A stretch of DNA of 64,000 nucleotides. It comes from Mytilus galloprovincialis (lineage: Eukaryota). The number at the start of each line of letters is the position of its first letter. Positions within the stretch are counted from its first letter, which is position 1. The DNA lies in the NCBI RefSeq assembly GCF_965363235.1, contig NC_134847.1, positions 63,980,144 to 64,044,143 of the forward strand, given 5' to 3'. The notes beneath the pieces were generated by a model. The model made no database searches, had not been told where the DNA came from, and saw nothing but the letters and a program-made list of their open reading frames with translations. Of the stretch, positions 25,202-38,086 are shown one piece after another. The translations under genes and the position numbers were made by a program.

Positions 25202-25302
25202 TTTGTAGATATTTCTATAGCTAACTGTACAGATTTACTTAAACTGTCTCTCATCTTAGCATCAACTGGTTCAATAGACTGGATATCTACACTGCTGATT
25301 AC
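25202..25302 (-). CDS. MVP: MVP exon 21: [33 protein letters not shown]
   Basis: Acceptor tatttacag, donor gtaagt; ~ human [34 protein letters not shown]. Confidence 0.9.
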
Positions 25303-26576
25303 CTGTAAATACAATAATAGTAGAGTTATATCTATTTTTCAACTATGATACTAATGTGGATTCATTTATTTTCATGGGTACCAATTATTGTGGATTAAGG
25401 AAAACTTCCTTTTTCTTGGATATTTGATTTTGTGGTATTGTCAATTTCTTCATACAATCCTATTTCAAATTTGTTATTCTTTGAAACATTTAAATTCGTA
25501 GCTCAACAGTACCCACAAAATCCACTAAATTTAGTATCTGACGAATAATAATGAATCCACATGCACAGAAGAACAATTAGAGGAAAGTGATGGGAGCCAT
25601 CACAGAGGGCCCTGCAAGAGTTAACAATTTAATTGTGGTGGAAATAAGAAGTTATCAGTGTTATTCTATTTAAAAGTATAGCTTATACATACTGAAGGAA
25701 GAAATTTTCTGATGCAACACTTACTCATCCCAAAGGGATTAGACAAAGTTTTTGACCATGACTTTCAATGTATGTTTTTTTTTCTAGAACATAACATGTT
25801 CAAATAATGGTGAATAATGCCAACTAAACTTACAAAACTCCAAGGGGATTGAAAGTTTGGGAGAGACAAACACACAGACAGACACAAAGATCTTCTGCTG
25901 GGCCCTATTTGTCCCAATCAAAATTAATAGTGAATTTAACAAAGGGTTATAATTCTTATATGATTTGCATATCTATAAATACTTGAAGTAGATTGGTCAA
26001 TTAGGATTTTTCTCTTAGTTTACACTTCGATAAACCATGTTTCCGAAACTACTTTCGTAATCTATTCATGCGCGATACACATTTTGCAGGGATACTGGGA
26101 TTTTCGGCAAATTGAGATTTTAAAAAATAAATGCATAACAGTTGTTTCTAATCTAATGCATATATAACAAAACATAACTAAAATAAATGCACTAAAGCTT
26201 CGAAAATGTATAAAAATAAAATCAAAATAAAATTCCGCGAAACTTCATGAAGGATTTGGCGAATTTACGTCACGGCAAAAAACGACGTCATATATGAATG
26301 AAATCTTTCAAGGGAATGCTTATTTCGTTACGTGTACGCTTCAAATTCGGATAATATCTCATTAAAATGAAGTTTTGGAGGTAGGTGCTATTTTATTTTA
26401 GATTTTGTTGCATTTATCAAACATTTATGGATTTTAGAAAGTCAATATGGCGGTCAACTCCTTAGATACGACCTGTCAGTTGTGAGTGTGATGGTGATTA
26501 CAGTAGCCTTTTACACAAAAAATGTTAATAAATATCGAGAATATTTGTCTTCAGAATTATAAGGATTAAACACATT

Positions 26577-26700
26577 TTTTCTAGAGGTTATTGATGTGTA
26601 AACCGGGGCTCTTACTCACAAACTTTACATAAAAGTCCTTTGGACTTTCATTCAGTTTGTGAGTTAATCGCCCCGGTTTACACATCAATAACCTCTAGAA
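26577..26700. mobile_element. Perfect long hairpin (foldback / MITE): ctagaggttattgatgtgtaaaccggggc ... gccccggtttacacatcaataacctctag
   Basis: ~29-bp perfect inverted arms within a ~120-bp palindrome; a related end fragment (catcaataacctctagag) lies at 33790-33835. Confidence 0.8.
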
Positions 26701-26746
26701 AAAATGTGTTTAATCCTATATTACAGACTAATGCATATGAATCTTA

Positions 26747-26889
26747 CCAAATTATTGGCCTCAAATGTCAGAGGAATATTAAGATTGCCTTCTTGATCCA
26801 CACCAAACACAGCTGTTTGTATAATCATTGCTGAGTGTTTGTGGAATTCATCAAATGGCACATGTGCTACTTGTCCTCTGATACGACCA
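26747..26889 (-). CDS. MVP: MVP exon 20: GRIRGQVAHVPFDEFHKHSAMIIQTAVFGVDQEGNLNIPLTFEANNL
   Basis: Acceptor ttgtttttag, donor gtaaga; ~ human [32 protein letters not shown]. Confidence 0.9.
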
Positions 26890-27437
26890 CCTAAAAACAA
26901 TAATTAAGTATACTTATCTACTGAATAAATCTAAGATAAAAAAATAAACAATATAAAACAATTTCTAAGAAACTATTGTATGGTAGTCCAATAAATTATG
27001 ACATCTTGAAAGGCTAAATATTATTTTTCTTTGAAGCCTTACATCGACAGAAAGGTGTCAAAGCGATAATTTAAAATAGCCCTTTAAGTCATCATAATTA
27101 TTTGGACTACTGTATGGGATATTTTCTCATTTCTCTATAATCTAAACTGTCAAACAACAAAAGAAAGTCTGACTGTGCAGAAAGTCCTCAATATTAAAGC
27201 AGTGTATCTGATAATAATCCAAAATCCTGAGCTACATCACAGAAAAGATTTCAGTCATTTAGTTTTGGTGCAAAACTCATATTTCTCAAATAATTCACAC
27301 AAAAAAAACCATTTGGATATTTCTCATTTGATCAAAAAAAATTCTGATGGCATACAGAAAGGGTTGTTAATTGGTATGTTATTCATTTTATAAATAAAGA
27401 GTATAAGAAATCTGTCTGAGGTCCTAATAATACAAAC

Positions 27438-27516
27438 CAATTTTTCTACAGGCAAATCCAATAAAGTCCCCTACTGAGAATATTTTGGCTTCACTTTCAA
27501 CATCCCCTTTTTCATA
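27438..27516 (-). CDS. MVP: MVP exon 19: YEKGDVESEAKIFSVGDFIGFACRKI
   Basis: Acceptor ctgttacag, donor gtttgt; ~ human [27 protein letters not shown]. Confidence 0.85.
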
Positions 27517-27639
27517 CTGTAACAGAAAATATATCATTAGGTTTAGAATATTTGTTTGTAAATTTTACTTTGAATCCATGATATTTATTTCTTACTTTCA
27601 ATTTATTTTTTAGTGCCCAATTTAAATATAAATGTAAAT

Positions 27640-29355
27640 CTAAATGGAAAACAAGAGGCTCTCAAGAGCCTGAATCGCTCACCTGGTAAACAATGCCTTA
27701 TTGAACATATTGAACCATGCCAGGCAAACATGTACAGCTAACAATTCTTCAATATTACAAATATATATGACTTACTGTTTATAAATAAAGAAAATGAGAC
27801 CAAAACACAAACACTTAAAACTTAGCAATGGACTGTGCAAATGAGGTCAAGTTCAAATAAAACCTGCGTAACCGACATATAGATCATAAAATATTTTCAT
27901 ACACCAAATATAGTTGACCTAATGCATAAAGTATTAAAAAAATAGACCAAAACTAAAAAAGTTAACTTTGACCACTGAATTATGAAAATGAGGTCAAGGT
28001 TAGATGACACCTGTCAGCTAGACATTCAGGGCTGATAGATCTTGACCTAATGAACATTTTTACCCCATGTCAGATTTGCTCTAAATGCTTTCGTTTTTGA
28101 GATATAAGCCAAAAACTGCATTTGACCCCTATGTTCTATTTAAAGTAAGGGCGGCCATGTTTTTTGACGGATCAAAAATCGAAGCACACACTTTGTGCAG
28201 GATAATATAAGGAACTATCATGCTAAGTTTCATCCAAATCCATTCAGTAGTTTCAGAGGAGAAGATTTTTTAAAGTTAGCAAATATGATGAACAAATTGT
28301 AGAAAATTGTCATTAAAGGACATTTACCCCTTAAGGGGTCAATTGATAATTTTGGTCATATTAACCTATTTGTAGATCTTACTTTGCTGATCATTTTTGC
28401 TGTTTACAGTTTATCTTTATCTATAATGATATTCAAGATAATGACCAAAAACTGCAAAATTTCCTTAAAATTACCAATTAAGTGGCAGCAACCCAACAAT
28501 GGTTTGTTTGATTCGTCTGAAAATTTCAGGGCTGATAGATCTTGACCTAATGAACATTTTTACCCATGTCAGATTTGCTCTAAATGCTTTCGTTTTTGAG
28601 ATATAAGCCAAAAACTGCATTTGACCCCTATGTTCTATTTAAAGTAAGGGCGGCCATGTTTTTTGACGTATCAAAAATCGAAGCACACACTTTGTGCAGG
28701 ATAATCTAAGGAACTATCATGCTAAGTTTCATCCAAATCTATTCAGTAGTTTCAGAGGAGAAGATTTTTTAAAGTTAGCAAATATGATGAACAAATTGTG
28801 AAAAATTGTCATTTAAGGACATTTACCCGTTAAGGGGTCAATTGACAATTTTGGTCATATTAACCTATTTGTAGATCTTACTTTGCTGATCATTTTTGCT
28901 GTTTACAGTTTATCTTCATCTATAATAATATTCAAGATAATGACCAAAAACTGCAAAATTTCCTTAAAATTACCAATTAAGTGGCAGCAACCCAACAATG
29001 GTTTGTTTGATTCATCTGAAAATTTCTGGGCTGATAGATCTTGACCTAATGAACATTTTTACCCCATGTCAGATTTGCTCTAAATGCTTCCGTTTTTGAG
29101 ATATAAGCCAAAAACTGCATTTGACCCCTATATTCTATTTTAAGTAACGGCGGCCATGTTTTTTGACGGATCAAAAATCGAAGCACACACTTTGTGCAGG
29201 ATAATCTAAGGAACAATCATTTTAAGTTTCATTCAAATCCATTCAGTAGTTTCAGAGGAGAAGATGTTTGAAAAATTGTTAACGACGACGACGACGACAA
29301 CGGCGGACGCCAAGTGATGAGAAAAGCTCACATGGCCTTTTAGGCCAGGTGAGCT
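27640..29355. mobile_element. TIR-bounded non-autonomous element with ~2.7 internal tandem copies of a ~480-bp unit; ends gagcctgaatcgctcacctgg ... ccaggtgagct, followed by a (gacgac)n tail
   Basis: Left end at 27676 tcgctcacctgg, right end at 29341 ccaggtgagc (inverted); internal tandem units at 27990-29290. Confidence 0.6.
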
Positions 29356-29454
29356 AAAAAAATTCTTTAAAATATATATTTAGTTTTATTGTAATATGAC
29401 TATACATGTATCAAGCATACAAACTTCTTAATTTGCTAAAAATATGTACCGTAC

Positions 29455-29514
29455 CTCAAAATGGTTGTTGAAAGCTAACTGCAGTCTTAGTCTCGCATGA
29501 TCTGATGTTTCTAC
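29455..29514 (-). CDS. MVP: MVP exon 18: VETSDHARLRLQLAFNNHFE
   Basis: Acceptor gattatag, donor gtacgg; ~ human [20 protein letters not shown]. Confidence 0.9.
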
Positions 29515-29789
29515 CTATAATCAAATATATCATAAAATTATACCACTAGAAAATCTTTCAGTCGGGTATTTTAAATTCTACATAAATGCATTCTGCATCA
29601 TTATGCAGGTAGAAAATACAAGTATACTACAATGCATCATTACTAAGAAACTACATCATTTTATCTTTGTATCAATTATCTTATTGATAATATTGGTTAA
29701 TTTGAAAATCAGTCAAAGTATTTTTATTTTGCTCTACACAAGAACAAAAACAAGGAAGATGTACTAAAGATCATTAAAAGATGTTGTAA

Positions 29790-30600
29790 AGGGTATAAAC
29801 TTTTATAGTGTAAAAGAGAAAAGGTGTGAACCTTTATGGTGTGAAAGAAAAATAATGTGACCCTTCAATGTGTAAAAGAGAAAGGATGTGAACTATAACG
29901 GTGTAAAAAAGAAAGAATGTGAACCTTTATGGTGTAAAAAAGACAAGATGTGAACCTTTATGGTGTAAAACAGAAACTGTGTGAACCTTCAAAGGTGTAA
30001 AACAGAAACTGTGTGAACCTTTATGGTGTAAAACAGAATCTGTGTGAACCTTCAAGGTGTAAAACAGAAACTGTGTGAACCCTTATGGTGTAAAATAGAA
30101 ACTGTGTGAATCTTTATTGTGCAAAAGGGAAAGTGTGTGAACCTTTATGGTGTAAAAGAGAAACTGTGTGAATCTTTATGGTGTAAAACAGAAACTGTGT
30201 GAACCTTTATGGTGTAAAACAGAATCTGTGTGAACCTTCAAGGTGTAAAACAGAAACTGTGTGAACCCTTATGGTGTAAAATAGAAACTGTGTAAATCTT
30301 TATGGTGCAAAATAGAAACTGTGTAAATCTTTATGGTGCAAAAGAGAAACTGTGTGAATCTTTATGGTGCAAAAGGGAAACTGTGTGAATCTTTATGGTG
30401 TAAATGAGAAAGTGTTTTAACCTTCATGGTGTAAAAGAGAAAGAGTGTGAACCTTTATGGTGTGAGAGAGAAACGGTACAAATCTTTATGGTGCAAAAGA
30501 GAAGGAATGTGAACCTGTTTGGTGTAAAATAGAAACTGTGTGAACCTTTATGGTATAAATAGAAACTGTGTGAATCTTTATGGTATAGTTTTAAAGAAAA
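29790..30600. repeat. Minisatellite, ~41-bp unit (tgtgaacctttatggtgtaaaacagaaactg), ~20 copies
   Basis: Contiguous head-to-tail units with no spacers, so not CRISPR-like. Confidence 0.9.
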
Positions 30601-30608
30601 CTGTTTAC

Positions 30609-30688
30609 CTCAATGATATCAGTGATAAAGTCTGGTCCTAACATTAAACATAGTGATCTCATAGCATCACATTTCTTTGGTTTACCAG
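30609..30688 (-). CDS. MVP: MVP exon 17: AGKPKKCDAMRSLCLMLGPDFITDIIE
   Basis: Acceptor tatttttag, donor gtaaac; ~ human [29 protein letters not shown]. Confidence 0.9.
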
Positions 30689-31409
30689 CTAAAAATAAAG
30701 AAAACATGTTTCATAGAAAGCAATAAAACAATCAAAGTGCTTGTAAGCACAGAAGAGTAAAGATTGCATTCATTTAACAGAGGGAAGTAAAATCAAATAC
30801 TGCATAGTCAATAAACCAATGGTTGTAGTTGATTCCACTACAATTCTGGACAATGGGAGATAACTCTTATTTTTAAAATGACTTTAACAATGACATCATT
30901 TATATTTTAGAACAGATATTAGATTCCTGTACCTTGTTAAAGTAATGTAATTTTCTTGACAGGTGTAACAAGGTTTTGTAACTTAAATATCTGAGCATAT
31001 ATTACATTGATAAATTTCTTGAAATGTTCTTGGAGTAGAAATATAGAATGTTATGATCAATGCACTATTTTTTGTGTATCAAACGTTAGTGATAAGCCTT
31101 GGAAGATATCGAGTCAATCTTTACCCAAAAAACTATAAGAACCTGTTATTCCATTTAAATTTTTCCTGGATGTATATTTTTGGTTTCTTTTTGAGCATCA
31201 AAAAAATCCATGTATCAAAATAACATATGTTTATGAAATAGAAACATAAAATGTTCTTGGATTGTTAACATTTCCTTTTGTTTTTACTGAAACTCTTCTG
31301 CAACAAAAGTCTAACAATCATTTTCAAACTGATTTTTTTACTCTTGAGTTTTCCCATATGATGCTAGTCCAGTCATATTTGTAATCACAATATCAATAAT
31401 ATGACCTAC

Positions 31410-31506
31410 CACTTAAACTCAGAACATTAAAGTTTTCATGTGGTCCTAAGATGACAAGATCTGGTCCAAATACTACTCTGGCTGTTTTTTCTAAATAGTT
31501 GTAAAC
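31410..31506 (-). CDS. MVP: MVP exon 16: [32 protein letters not shown]
   Basis: Acceptor ttttttgcag, donor gtaggt; ~ human [32 protein letters not shown]. Confidence 0.9.
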
Positions 31507-32209
31507 CTGCAAAAAATAATGTTTAGCTTAAACAATTTTCATTTTTATTTTGTTATAATGTGTATTCCGAAGCATCATTACAACATGACAAACATTGTTC
31601 AACTAACTGTACATTTGCTTGCTTGTTTGCAGTCTTTTGCAAATCTCAATAAATGAATCTGTAAGCTTACGGCTAACTAATGATAACACTCCCCGCTAAA
31701 AGTATAAGGTAAACAGGAAGTACTGATGAATCTGAAATTGTATCGCAGGGTATAGCTGACTCATATAAACCCTGAAACCAAATTTCAGAAATCCTTGTAA
31801 AAACCAAAGAAAGATGCGACAAAAAATATTCATGTGATGGACAGTGGGACTGAGGGATTGATGGATGGACTGACAGAGGTACACCAGTATTCTCCCACTT
31901 TTTTGTATAAAAAAATGCTTGTAATTTAGGCTGTTTAACGTATTCAATTATCAAAATATAAATTATTAACAAGATAACGGACAGGCAGACTAGTTTATAA
32001 TAGATGGTGGTTACATTTACCCATACTTCTTTAACATGGATAAAAAAAAGAGTAAAACTTTCCTTCTTCCTGTCAACTTTATTGGACTTAATAAATCCAA
32101 CAATAAGTTTCCATAAAATGTGCATTCACAACTCTATATAGTGAATCTTTAAATTATAACTGAAAGAGGGAAAAAATGTTTTTTTGTGCCACACTATACT
32201 AGTATTTAC

Positions 32210-32266
32210 CTGTACTGCTGTATTTCCTGGACATCTGTAGGTTATAACTCTGGTTTTATCTCGACC
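32210..32266 (-). CDS. MVP: MVP exon 15: GRDKTRVITYRCPGNTAVQ
   Basis: Acceptor tattttag, donor gtaaat; ~ human PRNKTRVVSYRVPHNAAVQ. Confidence 0.85.
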
Positions 32267-32794
32267 CTAAAATATAAAAGTATAAATTATACTTCACTAT
32301 ATCTCAAAATTATACTAACATAGATAAATGTAAATTTTCTTCTTTTAATGTTTTATTAATGGTAAACAATTTGCACATTCTGATTGTGCAACAAGTCATT
32401 TCCCCCCAAAAGATACGATAATATTTCATGACCATTTAAATATTCTTAATCAAGTAATAGAAGTTCCTGTGTATGTTTCTTGCACAAATGTTGGAATGTC
32501 AACCTATGTATATTTTCCTTTCTTGCTTCATCAAGTTAGTAAACTCTATAGAAGCTACGGTGCTTGGATCTCCACATTGAAGAGAGTTCAAGTGCTACCA
32601 TTGGTCAAAAATAATGTATTCGGAATGGATGTAATTTTTATCAACCAATAGATGGCACAACATTGTCATCACACATGTTGGCTTAATCTATCAAGGGTGG
32701 AGAGGAGGGGAGGGGATTGTAACCCCTGGCTAGCACAGATGACTTTTTCAAAGATTTAAATTACAAATTATGATTTACAACATTTTCTAATTAC

Positions 32795-32873
32795 CTTCAG
32801 CATCTGAGGATCAATACTCTGTTCAAAGTATGCAATCTTTCTGATGTCTCCTGACCCATCACCACCACCTTGT
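32795..32873 (-). CDS. MVP: MVP exon 14: KQGGGDGSGDIRKIAYFEQSIDPQMLK
   Basis: Acceptor tttgtccag, donor gtaatt. Confidence 0.75.
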
Positions 32874-33199
32874 CTGGACAAAGGGAAATGAAAAGTGATT
32901 GATAAAATAGGTTACACTAACTTCCTAAATACATATACTTTATATAATTTTTACCCAAAAAAAATAGAGAGCAATATGACTATATTTCGCATAAGCAAAC
33001 CCCGGAAAGGTTGTGGTGAAGTTATTTCATGCAAAGGTTTGCAATATCTATTTAACTTGTTTTTTGTTTGTTCTTGAAGCTAGTTATTCAACTTGTTATG
33101 TGCATGTAGGTAAACAAATTCAATTCTATCTGATGATTAAATTTTCATATTGCCATTATTTTAACAACCTGTTTTAGGACATTATGGGTTATATCTTAC

Positions 33200-33294
33200 T
33201 TCAGAAGTGTTTCTATGTTTGAATCTAATTTCTTTTCCCACAACTCTTCATGGGCTGTCAACATGTAGGACTTGGGTCCCATAATTGCTCTAAC
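33200..33294 (-). CDS. MVP: MVP exon 13: [31 protein letters not shown]
   Basis: Acceptor caattag (weak polypyrimidine tract), donor gtaaga; ~ human [30 protein letters not shown]. Confidence 0.8.
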
Positions 33295-33922
33295 CTAATT
33301 GAAAACATAAGTAGAAATGGATTAGAAATATTATCAACAAGTATATGAAATAGTACTGCGTCCTAATCAAAACTAGGAAATTAAATATCCACAATCATTA
33401 TTTACGAGACTGTGAGGACATAAATTAGTGAATCAACAAATTTTCAAAATGATTGAGTATCATATAAGATGCATCCAATTTTCTTAACAAGAAGTTTTAA
33501 GTAATGCTATTTAGTTGTGGGCTTGAAAATCTTCCTTGTATATTTAATGAAAGACATGGTTTATGTTCCTACTTATCATATACATTTCCAAGTCAGTGGT
33601 GCAAGCTGTTAAATATAGAGCAAAATAAAACAAAGAAAAAAGAGGACAGAGGACAACATAAAATTGTTAAGAACTGGAATTATACAGATTAAATACATGT
33701 AACTGGTTCCGAAGTAGGTAAATTTTGTTTAAAGAATATATAAATCAAAATATAAATACCGGTATTTGTTTTTAATTCAGTTTATGAGTGCTTGAGTCCA
33801 GTCCTAACATCAATAACCTCTAGAGTATATTGTTAAATCTTATAATAATAAAACATTGAATTCAATTGGTAAACATCAATGAAATAGCAATCCAACAATA
33901 ACACCTAAAAACATCCACATAC

Positions 33923-33983
33923 CTTTCCTGTCTTTTTGTTTTGTATATAAATTCCTTCATTTTTACTTAATGGTATCTGATCC
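33923..33983 (-). CDS. MVP: MVP exon 12: RDQIPLSKNEGIYIQNKKTGK
   Basis: Acceptor cttttcag, donor gtatgt; ~ human [21 protein letters not shown]. Confidence 0.9.
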
Positions 33984-34783
33984 CTGAAAAGGGCAAAACA
34001 TAATAAAATCAGAGAGATTTCGACTTGTGCCATTAACATCCCTTTAGTTACAGTTACATTAATAAGTTCAGTTGAAACACCATCTTAAAACTCTTGGTAC
34101 AAAAGACCACTTTCTAGTTTGTCCTCACAGGAAAAAACTCGTCAATTATGCGCCCCTTTATGATGTCATTTACCAGATACAGGGGATCACCTGTATTCCT
34201 GCACTATAAACGTTCATCAAGCATCTAAGTGATCACCATTGTGCAGAATAAACTAGAAATAATGTTTGTTCTGTGGATACTTAATCACAATTCCATAATG
34301 ACAGCAGCGCTAATTGTCAATTATGAGAATTCAATTTTCTAAATAGTTTGTATAATATAGCATTATAGTTTTCCAACAACTCGCTCAACATTGGAATGGA
34401 AGTGACGAGGTCCCTAGACGCACGAATGATGTTCACTAAAACCAAAGTTTTTGACGGAAAAACATATCAAGTTGTCTATTGTACAAATTGTCTAAATTTG
34501 TAGAAAACATTTACCTCATAAAAAGTCATTTTATTTGTTACTGTAGCAATTTTAAGCTGTTTCTCTTTAGAAATTAGATGTGATCAAAAGACTCTGAAAG
34601 TTTCTTGAATCAAGATATTTTTTTTAAAGTTCATCTGCTCTCACACTTCAATATGTCCGGTAATCTCATTATAATTGATTGTTTACAACAGTATAATATG
34701 AAGTCTTTGCATGAGTTTTCAATCAACCGTAAATATGATGTCTATACATGAACATTGTTTAAATCAAACTACATAGCCCCTAC

Positions 34784-34871
34784 CTCTGTTTTACAACTTG
34801 TACTTCTACTGGAGGGATATAATCTATAGGCCCTCTGATCATCCATGTGTCACCTGGTAATCGATTCTGTC
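34784..34871 (-). CDS. MVP: MVP exon 11: [29 protein letters not shown]
   Basis: Acceptor tactacag, donor gtaggg; ~ human [25 protein letters not shown]. Confidence 0.85.
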
Positions 34872-35419
34872 CTGTAGTAAATATTAAAGATAATAATCTG
34901 CAACTATTAAGCTTACAATATTTTTTTGCAGCTAATCAAAGTCTTTTTACCAATTAAAATTATTTTGTCATTCTGATTGATTGTTGGTGTATAAAGCCAA
35001 TTTTAACACTATTGTGCTATTTCATGGCGGTCATTTTAGCATTGATGGAGGAAGCTTGGGTACCCTGAGAGAACCACATACATTTGGCAGGAAACTGACA
35101 ATCTTATTCAGTTCAGTGTTACTGCACTTATCCAGTAACTTTTGTGGTATCACCATAGTAATGGCTAAAACAGTTTATCATCTTGACATGAGCAAGGTTC
35201 AAACTCATAGTCGACAAGCTAATGATCAGTGTAGATAAACTACTTATACCATTCTAACACTGAGACTGCATGTCATTCAGGAATTCAATTGTATAGAAAT
35301 GCAGTATTTTGACAGATGAGTTAGCCATAAATTCATTATAAAGTTCAAGAAGGTATCCTTTTTATTCAAGGTTTTCTGTATATTTTGTATATCAGCTGAT
35401 CACCACACTAGGGACTAAC

Positions 35420-35524
35420 CTTTGAACATTGTGTCTTTGAACTGGTTGACAGCTTGAAGCACAATTGCTTGTTGGTCAGATAAGACATAGGATGACTTAA
35501 CATTTCCTCCCTGTAATGCTTCTC
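35420..35524 (-). CDS. MVP: MVP exon 10: GEALQGGNVKSSYVLSDQQAIVLQAVNQFKDTMFK
   Basis: Acceptor ttacag, donor gttagt. Confidence 0.8.
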
Positions 35525-35978
35525 CTGTAAAGCAAGAAACAAGAAAATTACCCCAAATTATCAGGCTAATTTTGTAATACTGCGTGCATTCATACGTCAT
35601 GTTAAGCCACTACTTTTCATCAGTTTCTGTTTTTGCTTAGACATAGGCAATAGTTTAAATATAAGCAAAACACATTATGTTGTACTGGTTAAAACATTTT
35701 AATGCCTTGGTTTTTCATAACTGAAAATTATTTTATGAAATAAATATCTCTACAATTTATTTAACCAAAAGACTAATTTTTAATTTGCTATGTAATAAAA
35801 TTAAATATTTTTCACATATTTGGTTTAATACATTCATTTCTGTAGCTCTAATTTCCCATGTGACTTCCTTTGATGTGCAAAAATGCTGAACACTCTTTTT
35901 TACATACCAAGGGGTTTCATTGATTTAAAAAGCTGGAGCAACCATTTCATACATATAGTCAACCTAGTTAAACCTTAC

Positions 35979-36120
35979 CTGGATGTAAGAAGAAGCTGGA
36001 ACAACCAATTCTGAGTTCAAGTTTTCCTAGCTGTGGTCTCCCTGACTTATCTAATGGATTCTCTACCACACAATATTGTCCTTTAGTTAAAACCAATTTC
36101 TTTGCTTTAGATGCAACTTC
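35979..36120 (-). CDS. MVP: MVP exon 9: EVASKAKKLVLTKGQYCVVENPLDKSGRPQLGKLELRIGCSSFFLHP
   Basis: Acceptor taaatag, donor gtaagg; ~ human ...[33 protein letters not shown]. Confidence 0.85.
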
Positions 36121-36705
36121 CTATTTAAATGATAGCAAAGATTTATTTTATAAAAGATAATCACAAATTAGGAAATATCATATATGATAGTACAAATTGC
36201 TATTTTTATTTTACTGATTTAAAAATCATATTGTAGGCTACTTAATTATTATTACCAAAATGTATATAGCTATTTATTCTTTTGCTTTATAAAAGCCGTT
36301 TTTCCAAACTAAATTGAAATCAAGCAAATATAACTATATTTCTGTGATTTTATAAGGTATTCCAAATATTTTTGCTTTTGCAGATAAGGGGCGAAAACAC
36401 AAAATGATAAGCAATTTCAATGGACAAGGGCCAAATCTTGCTCAGATATTTCTCATGCAGGACAAACTCAAACTCACGGTAACTTATTATGATATGTCGT
36501 ACTCACTATTTACTAAAATTCCAACCAACTGATTGAGACAGTACAGAAAGTGCCAAAAATATGTAATTTCCAGCAAAAGCATTATCTATGTAAATACTGT
36601 AGCTTGTTTGAAATCTTATTATGGATATATCCAATTTTAAGTCAGATTAGTGTAGCAGCATAGATCATTTAGTTAATATTATGAGAAATCGACTTATTAT
36701 CTTAC

Positions 36706-36772
36706 CACTCCTATTTCAGGGTAATATTCATCAGTTGTTTCACTTGTCAACAACCATTCTTCACCAGCAAGT
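36706..36772 (-). CDS. MVP: MVP exon 8: RLAGEEWLLTSETTDEYYPEIGV
   Basis: Acceptor ttttccag, donor gtaaga. Confidence 0.85.
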
Positions 36773-38086
36773 CTGGAAAATAGATATTTTTACAAAACAG
36801 AAATAACATATTCAAATCTTTAGGTGTTTTTTTTAATTGAAAATGTTCATATTTTCACTTTCTTTTACTTTAATTGTCATGTTGTCTTAAAATCATTATG
36901 TGATTGAAATCTTTATAACAAAGTAAAAATAAATGGGGAATGTGTCCATGGGACGAATATGAAGCTACCATTTGTAAGGGGCATAACTCTAAAACCGTAA
37001 AAGTTAAGCAACCCAATTTCAAACTTTATGTGTTTGTGGTTATTAACATTGTGTTTAGGTTTCATAACATTTGGTTGAGGCAAAATAAAGTTAGAGAACA
37101 GTAACTAAAAGTTCAGCAAGATTTACATTTGGAATTGGGTATAACTGTAGAACTGTACAAGTCACAGTACCCTAATTAAAATGTAATCTGTATTTTCAAA
37201 TAATCAACATTGTGTATAAGTTTCATAACATTTGGTTGGGATTGGGGCATACAAATTTCCACTCATCTGCCATTATTAAGTACCAGCAGTACCTTGATAC
37301 GACCGTAGAGGTTCAAACCTGAACAGTTGGGGCAAAAATGGACACAATATTGGCACTTGATACAGGTCGGAATTTTAATTGTAATTAAATATCTGACACA
37401 GACTAACTGACACAGACGAACTTAGAATTGGTTAATGTATTTATCAAAGTTGTACAAAAGTCGAACATGTAAGAATGTTGTTGTTGTTTATAGTTAACAT
37501 GTGTTTAGTTATTTATAGTAAGGTCGGTTTGAATGGGGTTTTAAATTTCATGCATGAGTGAATTCAGGTAGTTTAAAGTCATTCTAGCCATTGCAGTTAA
37601 AGTGACCAGTAGCACTTTTCCAAATAAATAATATAATAATTTTATATCATTTATTTTCATATTTGTTGACCTTTAGTATGCAGTAACCAGTACCAGCTGA
37701 GAATGTTCGGTGTATTTACACAAAAACATTGATTTCATTATACATATACGAATAATAAAATGTGCACTTGTCTCTGCAAGTGGCGTCTCCCATGTGAGAG
37801 TTTGTGGTTATTTGATAATATTTTAATATAAATATTTTACGTTCGTTTGAGTTTACGAATTAGAATTTAATATGATTTTATATTCAACTTTTTGCTTTTG
37901 AGCAATACACTATGTTGTTGCGAATTGACCTCCCCTTTTATTTGCTTTTGTACATGCACTATGGGGTTGCTCCACCTAAAAATATTTGAGGAAATTTTCT
38001 TTTTAATTTCTGAAGTTTGCTAAAAAGTGTCATTTACATTTTTAAAGATTTTATTTAAATTTTACAGTTATCTTATATATTAATAC

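Noticed and set aside
29790-30600. Possible CRISPR array (regular ~41-bp repeats)
   Set aside because: Units are contiguous with no spacers, the context is a eukaryotic intron (MVP intron 17), and there are no cas genes; it is a minisatellite.
31673-32125. 150-aa minus-strand ORF in MVP intron 15
   Set aside because: No splice context, low-complexity hydrophobic translation, no homology recognised, and not in phase with the neighbouring MVP exons.
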